From the NCBI GenBank assembly GCA_900767385.1, contig CAAFYY010000011.1, positions 1,358 through 65,357 on the forward strand: a stretch of 64,000 nt of DNA. Direction: 5' to 3'. Source of the DNA: Bacteroidales bacterium (GTDB taxonomy: Bacteria; Bacteroidota; Bacteroidia; Bacteroidales; Paludibacteraceae). Made by a program: the position numbers and the translations under genes. Each line of letters starts with the position of its first letter. The first letter of the stretch is position 1. The notes under the pieces are model-generated. The model was not told the DNA's origin, made no database searches, and saw only the letters and a program-made list of their open reading frames with translations. This document shows positions 47,395-57,085 of this stretch, in pieces.

Positions 47395-49497
47395 CTATTG
47401 CCGTTTTCGGGAATCGGCTGGACGACGGTTCGGGAACGAGTAGACCAACTGAAGACGGAGGTCGCTGACATGATTCTTGTCGAGATACTCCAAGCCGGAA
47501 CCAATCCCTTCGCGATGGTCGGAGTAGAAGGTTTGCGACCATTTCATCGCCAGGCGCAACCCATCGGCAATCTTCCAGCGGGCGATGAGGGCATAGCGGT
47601 GACCGATGCCGTAGAGCAACGGCGTCTGATAGAGTCCGAGGATATCATCCTCAAAAAGGAAGGCACGGTTGTCGTAATCGGGCGTCCGAAAATAGGCGTA
47701 GTGGATTTTCAGCGAGAGGGCGGGATGGGAGAAGCGGTAGGAGAGGTCCTGCGAGACAACCAGTCCCCAAGCCGTTCCACGCTCGCCGCTCCGTGAGTGA
47801 TTGCCCTCTACTATCGTGCGACCGGTGAAGGCGCGGAAGGTGTAATCGGTGGTCAGTCGGAGGTCGTTGACCCCATAGTCCTCCACCTCATGGAGATGGC
47901 CGGAGGCATCGGCAACAGGGAGGTTGCGTTGGTCGTGACGCATCTTCCAACGGAGCGAACATCGAAAACGGTCGGAGCGCTTCACCTCCACCTTAGCCAT
48001 AGCGCGGTAGCCGACGGTCGGCGCATAGACCTGATAACGCATCCAAGGATGGGTGAAGACGTCGGCATAGCCAGAGAGGCGGGTGTAAGGGAGCACCTCG
48101 GCATCAACACCGAGATAGAAGCCATGCTCGTTGGAGGTGGCGAGACGGGCAAAGGCGTTGGAGAAATAGAGGTCGTAGCGCTGCGAATAGTAGCGGTGGA
48201 CCACCATGAGGGTGACGCGGTCAATGGGCGTCAGCGAGATGCCATTGATGGTGGCTAAGGCGGTTTGCTGATTCAATGCCCACTCGCCAAAGAGTTTGAT
48301 GCGGCGGCGGTGATAGAGGTAGTCGATGGAGCCTGCCAACTGCGTCTTGCCTGAGAAGGACATGAGATTATAGACCTTTTCATCGGGAACGCAGGGTAAG
48401 GCGGTATGGGCATAATAGAAGGTGGCACCGAGGTGGAGACGGGCTGTGGTGTAGTCGAGATGGGCGGCTGCCACATGCATCTGGACGGTGTGACGGAGAC
48501 TCTCTTCGTGAGGCGTACGGTGATATCCCTCGCTGCGTAGAAGGGTGAACGAACCGCCCACGGTGTCGGCGTCCATACGGCGGAAACTGTATAGGGCTGT
48601 GAGGGATAGCGAAGGGGCGAGACGGACCGACGCACCCACGCCACGAAGGAAATTGTATTCGTCATTCGACGACTTTGCCCAAAGTCCTCTGGACGATTTC
48701 ATCGGAGAAAGGACATCGCTGCCGAAGCGTTCGAAGCTTTGGTTGATGACGAGTCCCTGACCGAAGGCAACGCGGTAGTCGCCAACCAGTATGGTGCGGA
48801 AAGGACCGACGTCGGAGAGGCGGAGGTAGGTGGAGTAGCTGTCGAACCCACGGTGCGAGTTCTTGAATAGTGGCTCACCGGGATCTTTCTCCATCGTGAG
48901 GTTGGCTTGCAGACCTTGCGGCGAGGTGAGACGATAGCTGAGCGTCGCATAGGCTGCCGACCCGAGGTAGCGGGCGTTGGGATGGTCTGCCAGTTCCTCG
49001 GACGTGGCGGCAGTGTAGCCTCGGCGCCTCTCCATACCTTGATGATAACGGGTGGTGAGGGTGCTGCGACTGGTGGCAAGGATGTCCTTCAGCGACCACC
49101 GACTGACGGCTGTGGTACGATCAATTCGAACAAAATGGAGGAGAAGACAACGGAGGTAGTCGTCAAGCCCATCGACCAACTGCAACTCCGCGAGGTCGAC
49201 CATCGGTCCGAACTCGTGGATATAATAATAGAGATTCTCAATCTGTCCGTCAGTGAGGAAATGGAGCTGCGCAAACTGTTGCGGTGTGGCGCGATTGAGG
49301 TCGAGCGGATGGTCGAGAAGGGTGTTGAGGTCGGCAGAAATCTGCTCATAGTCCATCTCCTCTTCTTCGGTCTCTTCAAGCATATAGCCAAAGACCCTGT
49401 CAAGAAGTTCTTCTCGCGAGTAGCGCGTCTGCGCCACCGAGAGGGAGACGGCCGCCCAAAGCAAGATGATGATACACACTACCCTATTTTTCCTCAT
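47395..49497 (-). CDS. helix-hairpin-helix (ComEA-like) domain protein fused to a large beta-rich, outer-membrane-like region
   Basis: Signal peptide, an acidic linker, then LDLNRATPQQFAQLHFLTDGQIENL (an HhH-type DNA-binding motif). The following ~550 aa have alternating-strand character. Function unknown. Confidence 0.55.
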   Translation of the reverse strand: MRKNRVVCIIILLWAAVSLSVAQTRYSREELLDRVFGYMLEETEEEEMDYEQISADLNTLLDHPLDLNRATPQQFAQLHFLTDGQIENLYYYIHEFGPMVDLAELQLVDGLDDYLRCLLLHFVRIDRTTAVSRWSLKDILATSRSTLTTRYHQGMERRRGYTAATSEELADHPNARYLGSAAYATLSYRLTSPQGLQANLTMEKDPGEPLFKNSHRGFDSYSTYLRLSDVGPFRTILVGDYRVAFGQGLVINQSFERFGSDVLSPMKSSRGLWAKSSNDEYNFLRGVGASVRLAPSLSLTALYSFRRMDADTVGGSFTLLRSEGYHRTPHEESLRHTVQMHVAAAHLDYTTARLHLGATFYYAHTALPCVPDEKVYNLMSFSGKTQLAGSIDYLYHRRRIKLFGEWALNQQTALATINGISLTPIDRVTLMVVHRYYSQRYDLYFSNAFARLATSNEHGFYLGVDAEVLPYTRLSGYADVFTHPWMRYQVYAPTVGYRAMAKVEVKRSDRFRCSLRWKMRHDQRNLPVADASGHLHEVEDYGVNDLRLTTDYTFRAFTGRTIVEGNHSRSGERGTAWGLVVSQDLSYRFSHPALSLKIHYAYFRTPDYDNRAFLFEDDILGLYQTPLLYGIGHRYALIARWKIADGLRLAMKWSQTFYSDHREGIGSGLEYLDKNHVSDLRLQLVYSFPNRRPADSRKRQ

Positions 49498-50366
49498 TTC
49501 ATCGACTTTTTATGGTAAGAGAAACGGTAGCGGAGCGCTCCCATGAGAGAGAATCCGAGACGGGTGTGATACTGGGCGTCGACGTCGATTCCGAATCCCT
49601 GAATCTCAAATCCGACACCCATAGAGGGTTGTATGAAACGGGAGCCATTGGCACCCAGGCGGACCACGAAGTTGGAGAGGTCGTAAGGGGAGTATTCAAA
49701 ACCTGTGGCCCAACGCCATGGCATCTGCAAGGTCTTGTCGACCTCAACATGCCAATCGACCATGCCGCCGATGGAATAGCAGAATCCGAGTTGAAAACGG
49801 ACAGGAAGACGGGTGGACAGCTCATCGGTTTTCACCGATGAAAAGGTGGGATTGAAAAGATTGAAGCCCAAGACAAGGTGGCGGCAAGGGACGACCTGCA
49901 AGCCGACCTGGGCAGTGACAGCACCATGATACTCCCCTATTTCGGAGAGGTAGACGGAGAAATAATCTACCTCTACACCCAATCGGACATGCTCGCCCAA
50001 CTGTCGCGCCAGAGTCAGCGCTCCCATCATTTCGTGGTAGCTGCTGTAGCCGAAATGGGTGAAGGAGCCACCGATATTGAAATAGGGAGTCGCAAACCAG
50101 AGGTTCAGACTTTTGTTGGCGAGGGTTTTGGTGATGTAGCGGTTTTCGTAGAGTATCTGAATGCCACTCTGCTGCTGCGCTGCCAAGGCGGCAGGGGTGC
50201 TGAACGGAAACCATGCCTTGCTGTAGGCTACTGAGGCGTCGCCGGGCGCATAGGTGCCGGGCAGAGTGGCTTGCTGCTGAGCCGTGAGAGGGATAAAGCA
50301 AAGAAATGCCGAACAAAACCATATTGTAATCCTACGCAGAACTATTATAAGGGTTTCGTACGGCAT
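49494..50366 (-). CDS. hypothetical outer-membrane beta-barrel protein
   Basis: A start at ATG 50366 avoids overlap with cmk. Has a hydrophobic leader ending ...PLTAQQ, a beta-strand periodicity and a C-terminal aromatic residue (RYRF). Its stop overlaps the downstream start by 4 nt. Confidence 0.5.
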   Translation of the reverse strand: MPYETLIIVLRRITIWFCSAFLCFIPLTAQQQATLPGTYAPGDASVAYSKAWFPFSTPAALAAQQQSGIQILYENRYITKTLANKSLNLWFATPYFNIGGSFTHFGYSSYHEMMGALTLARQLGEHVRLGVEVDYFSVYLSEIGEYHGAVTAQVGLQVVPCRHLVLGFNLFNPTFSSVKTDELSTRLPVRFQLGFCYSIGGMVDWHVEVDKTLQMPWRWATGFEYSPYDLSNFVVRLGANGSRFIQPSMGVGFEIQGFGIDVDAQYHTRLGFSLMGALRYRFSYHKKSMK

Positions 50367-50389
50367 TATGCTTATTGCATTGCGACAGT

Positions 50390-51079
50390 CTATCTGCCAG
50401 TAATACTTTTGAAATAGAGTCTTAGGAGAGTGTATTGTTCCTCGGTGTTGAGGTAGGTGTTGTCGAGCACGAAGGCATCGGCACATTTCATGAGGGGACC
50501 GACAGGGCGATGGGTGTCGCGGTAGTCGCGGTCGCGGACGTCGGCCAAAACCGATTCCATGGTGGGGTTTTCCCCTTTGGCCTGCAACTCCAGGAAGCGG
50601 CGCTCGGCACGCACCTGTTCGGAGGCGGTGACATAGACTTTCATCTGGGCATTCGGGAAGACGACACTGCCGATGTCGCGGCCATCCATGATGACACCGC
50701 CTGTCTGACCCATCTTCTGCTGGGCTGCCACCATGGCTTCACGCACCATGGGCAAGGCACTCACGCGACTGGCTCCGTTGCCAACAAGGAGGGTGCGTAT
50801 CTCTTTCTCCACGTCCTCACCATTGAGGAATGTGTGCTGACGGCCATCGACGATGGTGAAGTCGATAGTTATCTGTGAGAGAATCTCTGGGAGGCGTGAT
50901 TCGTCGATGGTCTGTTCGGTGATGATGCCAAGGCGAATGCAATGGAGTGCAAGCGCGCGATACATGGCACCGGTGTCGACATAGACATAGTCGACGTCGG
51001 CAGCAAGGCGCTTGGCCATGGTGCTTTTTCCCGACGAGGAGTGTCCGTCGATGGCTACGATGATTCTGTTTTGATTCAT
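50390..51079 (-). CDS. cmk: cytidylate kinase
   Basis: P-loop IAIDGHSSSGKST and a YVDTGAMYR block. Internal ATG 51079 gives 229 aa. Confidence 0.9.
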   Translation of the reverse strand: MNQNRIIVAIDGHSSSGKSTMAKRLAADVDYVYVDTGAMYRALALHCIRLGIITEQTIDESRLPEILSQITIDFTIVDGRQHTFLNGEDVEKEIRTLLVGNGASRVSALPMVREAMVAAQQKMGQTGGVIMDGRDIGSVVFPNAQMKVYVTASEQVRAERRFLELQAKGENPTMESVLADVRDRDYRDTHRPVGPLMKCADAFVLDNTYLNTEEQYTLLRLYFKSITGR

Positions 51080-51116
51080 AGTATGTTGTAAGTATTTTTC
51101 GTCGTTGATCAAAGGG

Positions 51117-52169
51117 TTATCTCACACCCCAGTCGCTGAGTCCGAAGGCGATAGAGACGTTGTAGCTCATGGAACCGACCTGATAGCTGGCAATGCCGAG
51201 GTCGACGCTGATGTTCTGCACCTTGAAACCTGCACCAACAGAGAAGCCTGCGAGCGATTTGACTCCGAGATAACGCATCTCAGCATGACGGCGGTGGTTG
51301 TAGCTGACAATGAAATGGAGGTAATCGGTCGGGAGTATCTCTACGTTCCAGATGGTATGACGGAAGAGCATGTCGCCAACACCAATCTTGGTCTCTTCGT
51401 TGATGAAGGTGCTGGATGAGGCAGCGCGCTCGGGTGAGAGACGCCATTTCTGGAGGTTATGGAGGGTGAGTGAGAGTCGGATTGGGGCATGCGGAAAGCG
51501 CTGCGAGATGCCGAGTTGGATATCGAGCGGGAGTGCCTCACGGGCTGTCACGCCGTCTTTGGAGTGGAAGCCGCCGAACTGCCATCCGATGTTGCGCACG
51601 GCAAGACCGGCAGAGAAGTAGGCCTTGTCGAGATGGAGGTTCATGCCGAGGTCGACAGCCATGCCACCTGCGTGGTAGCGGTCGTAGAAGGAGAAGAAGG
51701 GCTTGAGGTTGACACCGGCAGAGAGACAAGGGGCGATATCACGCGAATAAAGGATGTTGAGGGCGATGTCCTTGGCAGAGAATGAGCCCAGGAGGAGGTC
51801 TTCGGCACTGACACGTTGAAACTTACCGTAGTCGAGGAAGTTGACACCCCATGCGAGGTGGTTTTTTGTGCTTCCGATGGTTCGCGCATAGACAGCAGAA
51901 CCGATATTGACGTCAGTAAGGTAGTTGGAGTAGTTGAGCGCCAAGACGTTATGCGATTTCTCAGAGAGTACGGCAGGGTTGTAGAGGGCGAAGCTGAGGT
52001 CGGCATCATAGAGGGCGACACCGCCGCCGCCCAAGGCAGCATGACGGGCGGAGTTCGGGAGGTTGAGAAAGAGAAATCCCTGCTCTCCCCCCTGAGCCAT
52101 CATCGAAGATGGGAGGGTGAGGAGGCACACCATAAGCGCCAGGAGGTATCTCTTTATCTTTGAAGTCAT
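51117..52169 (-). CDS. porQ: type IX secretion system PorQ-like outer-membrane beta-barrel
   Basis: Signal peptide followed by FLFLNLPNSARHAALGGGGVAL, typical of the PorQ/PorV-like barrel family. The cmk and ispH neighbourhood recalls the Porphyromonas porQ locus, but that is recalled from memory and was not searched. Confidence 0.5.
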   Translation of the reverse strand: MTSKIKRYLLALMVCLLTLPSSMMAQGGEQGFLFLNLPNSARHAALGGGGVALYDADLSFALYNPAVLSEKSHNVLALNYSNYLTDVNIGSAVYARTIGSTKNHLAWGVNFLDYGKFQRVSAEDLLLGSFSAKDIALNILYSRDIAPCLSAGVNLKPFFSFYDRYHAGGMAVDLGMNLHLDKAYFSAGLAVRNIGWQFGGFHSKDGVTAREALPLDIQLGISQRFPHAPIRLSLTLHNLQKWRLSPERAASSSTFINEETKIGVGDMLFRHTIWNVEILPTDYLHFIVSYNHRRHAEMRYLGVKSLAGFSVGAGFKVQNISVDLGIASYQVGSMSYNVSIAFGLSDWGVR

Positions 52170-52190
52170 GACTGTTTCTGTTGCGTTGCC

Positions 52191-52583
52191 TTAAATGTTT
52201 TTATTGGTTGGCTCGTCGGCAGGCACGATGACTGTCTGTGCGAGCGCCTCTGTCAAATTGAGTTCGTGACGAATGGCGACCAGCTCAGCACGTATTTCCT
52301 GCAGTCGCTGTATGACCTGACGTTGGCGGACAATCTGGTCCATATCGATGGTTTCGAGTATGTTTTTCACACCGGTGAGGGTGTAGCCGTCTGCCATCTT
52401 ATTTTTGATGAGCAGAATCAAGTCGATGTCTTTCTGGATATAACGGCGTGTTCCACCTGCAGAGCGACGAGGTTTGAGTTGTGAGAACTCAGTCTCCCAC
52501 GACCTCAAGCTGGGTTGAGTGACGCCCGTTATCTCCGAGACTTCCGAGATGGAGTAGAACTGTTTCTCAAGTTTCTTCGCCAT
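52191..52583 (-). CDS. MerR family transcriptional regulator
   Basis: HTH region YSISEVSEITGVTQPSLRSWETEF...GGTRRY and a coiled-coil C-terminus. 130 aa. Confidence 0.8.
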   Translation of the reverse strand: MAKKLEKQFYSISEVSEITGVTQPSLRSWETEFSQLKPRRSAGGTRRYIQKDIDLILLIKNKMADGYTLTGVKNILETIDMDQIVRQRQVIQRLQEIRAELVAIRHELNLTEALAQTVIVPADEPTNKNI

Positions 52584-53875
52584 TATTTGTAGATTTTCAA
52601 ACGGCTGCCGGCGCGGATCATGGTTCCGCTGATTTTATTCCATTTCTTGATTTTGTCGACAGAGGTGTGGTATTTCTTGGCGATACTGCTGAGGGTTTCG
52701 CCCGATTTTACGGTGTGGTAGATGACGTGACCGCCAGAGCTGCTGCTGCTCGATTTGCTGGACGTAGTGGTTGAGCCCGTGGTGGTCTTCATGTTTTGAC
52801 TGACGAGTTCGGCAGCCTTGTAAGAGATGATGGTGTCGAGGTTCTGCTCAAAGGCAGCGATGACCGACATAGGCAAGACCAGTGAGGACGACTTGACATT
52901 GCCTGGCACGATGTCGTAGCGGTATTGCGGGTTGAGGAATCGCAGCTCTTCCAACGGCACTGAGAGCACCTCGGAAATCTGCTGGAGATGGACACGTTCG
53001 TTGACCATGAGGGTGTCGACAGTGGTGTTGAAATTCGGACGGGCAGGACACATACCATGTTCCTGATAGTAGTTCATCACATAGTTGGCAGCAATGAAGA
53101 TAGGCACATAGTTGCGTGTCTCACGAGGGAGGAAGTTGTAGATTTCCCAATAGGTTTTCTTGCCGCCGGAGTTGCGGATGGCGCGTTGCACGTTGCCCGG
53201 ACCGCAGTTGTAGGCAGCAATGGCAAGGAGCCAGTCGCCATACATGGAATAGAGGTCGTGAAGATAGTGAGCAGCGGCTTCAGAGGACTTCAGAGGGTCG
53301 CGGCGCTCATCAACCAAGGTATTGACTTCCAGACCGTAGCTGCGTCCTGTGGCGAGCATAAACTGCCAGAGACCGGTGGCGCCGGCACTGGAGACGGCAC
53401 GAGGGTTGAGTGCGGACTCGATGACTGGCAGATATTTGAGTTCCAATGGTACCTGGTATCTCTCGAGGGCAGCTTCGAAGATTGGGAAGTAGTAGGTTTC
53501 TCCCAATCCGAGCATGTATTCAATCTGGCGTGGACGGCGCAGATAGGATTTGATGAAGGAGAGGACGGTCTCGTTGTAAGGCATGGTGAATCCCAAGGAG
53601 ATGTTCTCCAGTCGGCATATCACCTCACTTTCCGTGAGTGAGTCAATCATCATCAGCCCTGTGCCTTTGCAGTCAATGACAAAGGAATTGCTTACATACC
53701 AGTCTTTGATAAGGATATCGAGAGCAGAGTTGAAGTCGGATGGATTGATACGCAACTGCTCTGTGCCGTTGCTGGCAGCGGACATGGCATCGTTGTCGTC
53801 GGTAGTCTGTGCTGTCAGGGCGGTGAAGGAGACGACTGACAGTATGGATAGAATGGTGAAGGTCTTTTTCAACAT
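52583..53875 (-). CDS. lytic murein transglycosylase (SLT domain) with C-terminal LysM, MltD-like
   Basis: SLT catalytic block PVIESALNPRAVSSAGATGLWQFM, followed by a Ser/Thr-rich linker and LysM (YHTVKSGETLSSIAKKYHTSVDKIKKWN). Confidence 0.8.
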   Translation of the reverse strand: MLKKTFTILSILSVVSFTALTAQTTDDNDAMSAASNGTEQLRINPSDFNSALDILIKDWYVSNSFVIDCKGTGLMMIDSLTESEVICRLENISLGFTMPYNETVLSFIKSYLRRPRQIEYMLGLGETYYFPIFEAALERYQVPLELKYLPVIESALNPRAVSSAGATGLWQFMLATGRSYGLEVNTLVDERRDPLKSSEAAAHYLHDLYSMYGDWLLAIAAYNCGPGNVQRAIRNSGGKKTYWEIYNFLPRETRNYVPIFIAANYVMNYYQEHGMCPARPNFNTTVDTLMVNERVHLQQISEVLSVPLEELRFLNPQYRYDIVPGNVKSSSLVLPMSVIAAFEQNLDTIISYKAAELVSQNMKTTTGSTTTSSKSSSSSSGGHVIYHTVKSGETLSSIAKKYHTSVDKIKKWNKISGTMIRAGSRLKIYK

Positions 53876-53911
53876 CGTTTTTTCTCTTTTGGCGGTTGGT
53901 AGATTCGTTCG

Positions 53912-54646
53912 CTAAAAACAGAGCTGCACCTGCATACCCATCAAAGGCCGGTAGTGGTTCTCGGGGTTGTCGATGACTTTCGGACCTACACGCATGGAGA
54001 GGTCGGGAGAAACGTCGAAGTCGGCAAGGGTGGCATCCACAAAGGCGTCGATGACGGTGAGCGCATACCACGCCACGACACCGACGATGCAGAGGTCCCT
54101 GTATCGGCGAAAGTTGTTGACCCTTCCGGAGAGATACGACTCAATGGAAGAGTTCGGGTAGTTGTAGGGAACGAGGTTTTCGTAGCTTTTGGTGTTGGGG
54201 TCAGTGTCCATGAAGTCTCTGTAGCCTCGCACATATTCGCTGTATCTCGTTCCGGTACGGCTGACACCGTAGATCAATGCGGTGAAACCCGTATAGACGA
54301 TAGGAAGTTTCCAATAACGGCGGTTGTAGATTTGTCCGCCGCCAGGGAAAACCAAGCTGTACCAAACGCTTCGGCTTGGCACGGGACGGAAGACGGTGAC
54401 TGGCTGTTCGTAGCTGATGAGACTGGAGTCTGGAGCCACAACGCGCATCTGTTTTCTCGTCGTTTTTATCGGTTTTTTCTCCATGACGACTATGGAACTG
54501 TCGCCAATGGTTTTGACCTCAAAATGGGCAATCTCGGCGGCAGCACGAACTGAGTCGGGGATGACGGCAACGATGGTATCGTTCTGCTGCGCTACGGCAG
54601 AAAACCATATCATCAGGAGTGCTGTTATGAAGAAAAAACGTTTCAA
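53912..54646 (-). CDS. DUF5683 domain-containing protein
   Basis: SLVFPGGGQIYNRRYWKLPIVY block. The likely start is TTG 54646 (MKRFFFITALLMIWFSAVAQQ), just after the parB stop. ATG 54613 is the alternative. Confidence 0.6.
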   Translation of the reverse strand: MKRFFFITALLMIWFSAVAQQNDTIVAVIPDSVRAAAEIAHFEVKTIGDSSIVVMEKKPIKTTRKQMRVVAPDSSLISYEQPVTVFRPVPSRSVWYSLVFPGGGQIYNRRYWKLPIVYTGFTALIYGVSRTGTRYSEYVRGYRDFMDTDPNTKSYENLVPYNYPNSSIESYLSGRVNNFRRYRDLCIVGVVAWYALTVIDAFVDATLADFDVSPDLSMRVGPKVIDNPENHYRPLMGMQVQLCF

Positions 54647-54656
54647 GCTGTAGGGT

Positions 54657-55523
54657 TTATTTCTTTTTGATGTTGTCGAACATCTCCATGATTTTTGCCA
54701 ACTCGTCGTCGGAAGCGAATGGGATGGAGATTTTTCCGGAGCCTTTCTGTGAGTAGGTGAATCCCACTTTCGCACCGAAGAGTTTGGAGAGGGCGCCACG
54801 GAGGTCTTCTATTTCCTGAGGGAGCATCGGTTGCTTCTCGCGTCCTTTGGCAGGTTTTTCGTTGTGTTTCTTCACCAATTCCTCAGTTTTTCTCACTGAG
54901 TAGTCGTTGGCGATGACCTGCTCATAGATTTTGCACTGGGCTGCGGCGTTGTCGATGCCGAGCAATGCGCGGGCGTGACCCATCTCAATCTTCTGGTCTT
55001 TCAAACCCATCTGCACCTCTGCAGGGAGTTTGAGCAGACGGAGATAGTTGGCGACAGTGGCACGTTTCTTACCTACCTTCTGAGCGAGTTGTTCCTGGGT
55101 GAGGTTGCTCATCTCTATCAGTTTCTGGTAGGAGAGTGAGATTTCGATGGCGTTGAGGTCCTCACGCTGTATGTTCTCGATGAGCGCCATCATCATGACG
55201 TCTTCATCGTCGGCCTTACGGATGTAAGCAGGAATCTTCTCAATGCCTGCGGCTAACGATGCGCGATAACGACGTTCGCCCGCGATGATCTGGTAGTTGT
55301 CTTCACTGATTTTGCGTAAGGTGATTGGGGTGATGATGCCGTTTTCCTTGATGGAGGCAGACAACTCTTCCAGGGCTTCTTCGTCGAAGAAACGACGTGG
55401 TTGGTCCTCGTTGGGATGGATAAATTCCAACGGTACTTCGCTGATGGACGAGCTGCCGTAGGTTTTTACGTCTTCGCTGGAGAGAAGAGCGCCGAGACCT
55501 CTGCCTAATGTTTGTTTCTTCAT
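54657..55523 (-). CDS. parB: chromosome partitioning protein ParB/Spo0J
   Basis: LGRGLGALL N-terminus, IIAGERRYRAS ParB box and an HTH (LTQEQLAQKVGKKRATVANYLRLL). Confidence 0.9.
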   Translation of the reverse strand: MKKQTLGRGLGALLSSEDVKTYGSSSISEVPLEFIHPNEDQPRRFFDEEALEELSASIKENGIITPITLRKISEDNYQIIAGERRYRASLAAGIEKIPAYIRKADDEDVMMMALIENIQREDLNAIEISLSYQKLIEMSNLTQEQLAQKVGKKRATVANYLRLLKLPAEVQMGLKDQKIEMGHARALLGIDNAAAQCKIYEQVIANDYSVRKTEELVKKHNEKPAKGREKQPMLPQEIEDLRGALSKLFGAKVGFTYSQKGSGKISIPFASDDELAKIMEMFDNIKKK

Positions 55524-55525
55524 AG

Positions 55526-56290
55526 TTATTTCTTGGAGGAGATAAGTTCTTTTGCCAATTTCATATAATCTTGAGCACCTTTGGATTTTGAATCGTAATA
55601 AAGTGCTGGTTTTCCGTAACTTGATGCTTCGCTAAGGCGCACATTACGTTGGATGACGGTGTCGAACACTAAGGCTCCGAAGTTGTTTCTCAATTCGTTG
55701 AGCACCTGGTTGTCGAGACTGCGACGCGAGTCGAACATGGTGGCAAGGAAGCCCTCGACGGTAATCATCGGATTGAGTTTGTCTTTGATTATCTTGATAG
55801 TATTCAGGAGTTTGGCGATGCCTTCCAAAGCGAAGTATTCGCATTGAACGGGAATGATGACAGAGTCGGCTGCGGTAAGGCAGTTCACGGTGATGAGTCC
55901 AAGTGATGGGGAGCAGTCCAAGATGACGTAGTCGTAGCTTTTCTTGGCTGTCTTGAGGATATTGCGGAGCACCATCTCTCTGTTTTTGATATCGAGCATC
56001 TCTATTTCTGCGCCAACGAGGTCGATGTGCGAAGGGATGAGGTCAATATTCTCGTAGTCGGTATGGATGAGTGCTTTGTCGAAAGCGATGCCATCCACCA
56101 GCATTTCGTAGATGGAGTTCTGAACCTGGCGGATGTCGACGCCGAAGCCAGAAGAGGTGTTCGCCTGAGGGTCGGCATCAATGACAAGAACTTTCTTGCC
56201 TTGAGCAGCCAACGAGGCTGAGAGGTTGATGCTGGTTGTTGTCTTGCCAACACCCCCTTTTTGGTTTGCTATTGCTATGATTTTACTCAT
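55526..56290 (-). CDS. parA: chromosome partitioning ATPase ParA/Soj
   Basis: Deviant Walker A ANQKGGVGKTTT and a DCSPSLG block. 254 aa. Confidence 0.9.
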   Translation of the reverse strand: MSKIIAIANQKGGVGKTTTSINLSASLAAQGKKVLVIDADPQANTSSGFGVDIRQVQNSIYEMLVDGIAFDKALIHTDYENIDLIPSHIDLVGAEIEMLDIKNREMVLRNILKTAKKSYDYVILDCSPSLGLITVNCLTAADSVIIPVQCEYFALEGIAKLLNTIKIIKDKLNPMITVEGFLATMFDSRRSLDNQVLNELRNNFGALVFDTVIQRNVRLSEASSYGKPALYYDSKSKGAQDYMKLAKELISSKK

Positions 56291-56383
56291 ATCGATTTTT
56301 TGATTTTAGATGGAGTGGGTTGAAAAGGTGATATGCTTACACATCTTTCCGATGGCTCCGTAGTTTTCTTTCTTTTTATGGGG

Positions 56384-56391
56384 CAAAGATA
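56384..56391 (-). promoter_or_regulatory. Bacteroidota -7 promoter box upstream of parA
   Basis: The plus strand reads CAAAGATA (= TATCTTTG on the minus strand), ~95 nt upstream of the parA ATG. Confidence 0.45.
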
Positions 56392-56410
56392 CTATTTTTT
56401 TGGCAAAAGG

Positions 56411-56457
56411 AAACCCCATGTTTTCCTAATATTCGTTAGGAAAGCACGGGGTTTTTT
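56411..56457 (-). terminator. terminator hairpin downstream of apt (bidirectional-looking)
   Basis: Long interrupted stem AAACCCC..TTTTCCTAA / TTAGGAAA..GGGGTTT, flanked by T/A runs on both sides. Confidence 0.6.
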
Positions 56458-56503
56458 CTCCGATACTATAAAATAGTATATTTTAAAGAGTTAGGTTGAC
56501 GGA

Positions 56504-57031
56504 TTAGTAGTGAATCAAGGAAGAAACTTCTACATCCGCACCCAAAATATCGCGTCCTTTGAGGTCGTCGAGTTCAACGAGGAAGTTGACATAAATCTTT
56601 TTAACACCGAATTTTCTGGCGAGTTCGATGGCTGCTTTCATGGTGCCGCCTGTAGCGAGGAGGTCGTCATGGAGCAGTACAACGTCGTTTTCGTTGAGTG
56701 AGTCTTTGTGCATTTCGATGACGTCAACGCCATATTCTTTGGAGTAGCTGACTTCAATGGTTTCTGCAGGGAGTTTACCTTTTTTGCGAACAGGAACGAA
56801 ACCGGCGTTGAGACGGCAAGCCAAGACGGAGCCCATAATAAAACCGCGCGACTCGATGCCAATCACTTTGGTGATTCCTTTGTTTTTGTATTCCTCTGTC
56901 AAGGTCTCCTCAAAGTAGCGCATGTACTTTGGATTTTGGAAGACGGTAGTGAGGTCACGGAACATGATTCCCTTTTGTGGAAAGTCGGGTACGGTGCGAA
57001 CATCGCGCTTAACATCTTCTAATGTAATCAT
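56504..57031 (-). CDS. apt: adenine phosphoribosyltransferase
   Basis: PRPP-binding motif VVLLHDDLLATGGT and an FPQKGIMFRD block. 175 aa. Confidence 0.9.
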   Translation of the reverse strand: MITLEDVKRDVRTVPDFPQKGIMFRDLTTVFQNPKYMRYFEETLTEEYKNKGITKVIGIESRGFIMGSVLACRLNAGFVPVRKKGKLPAETIEVSYSKEYGVDVIEMHKDSLNENDVVLLHDDLLATGGTMKAAIELARKFGVKKIYVNFLVELDDLKGRDILGADVEVSSLIHY

Positions 57032-57085
57032 AGCGTAAGTAGTTTAATTTTAGTTTCTAAAGTTGAAATTGTTCCACGTGGAACA

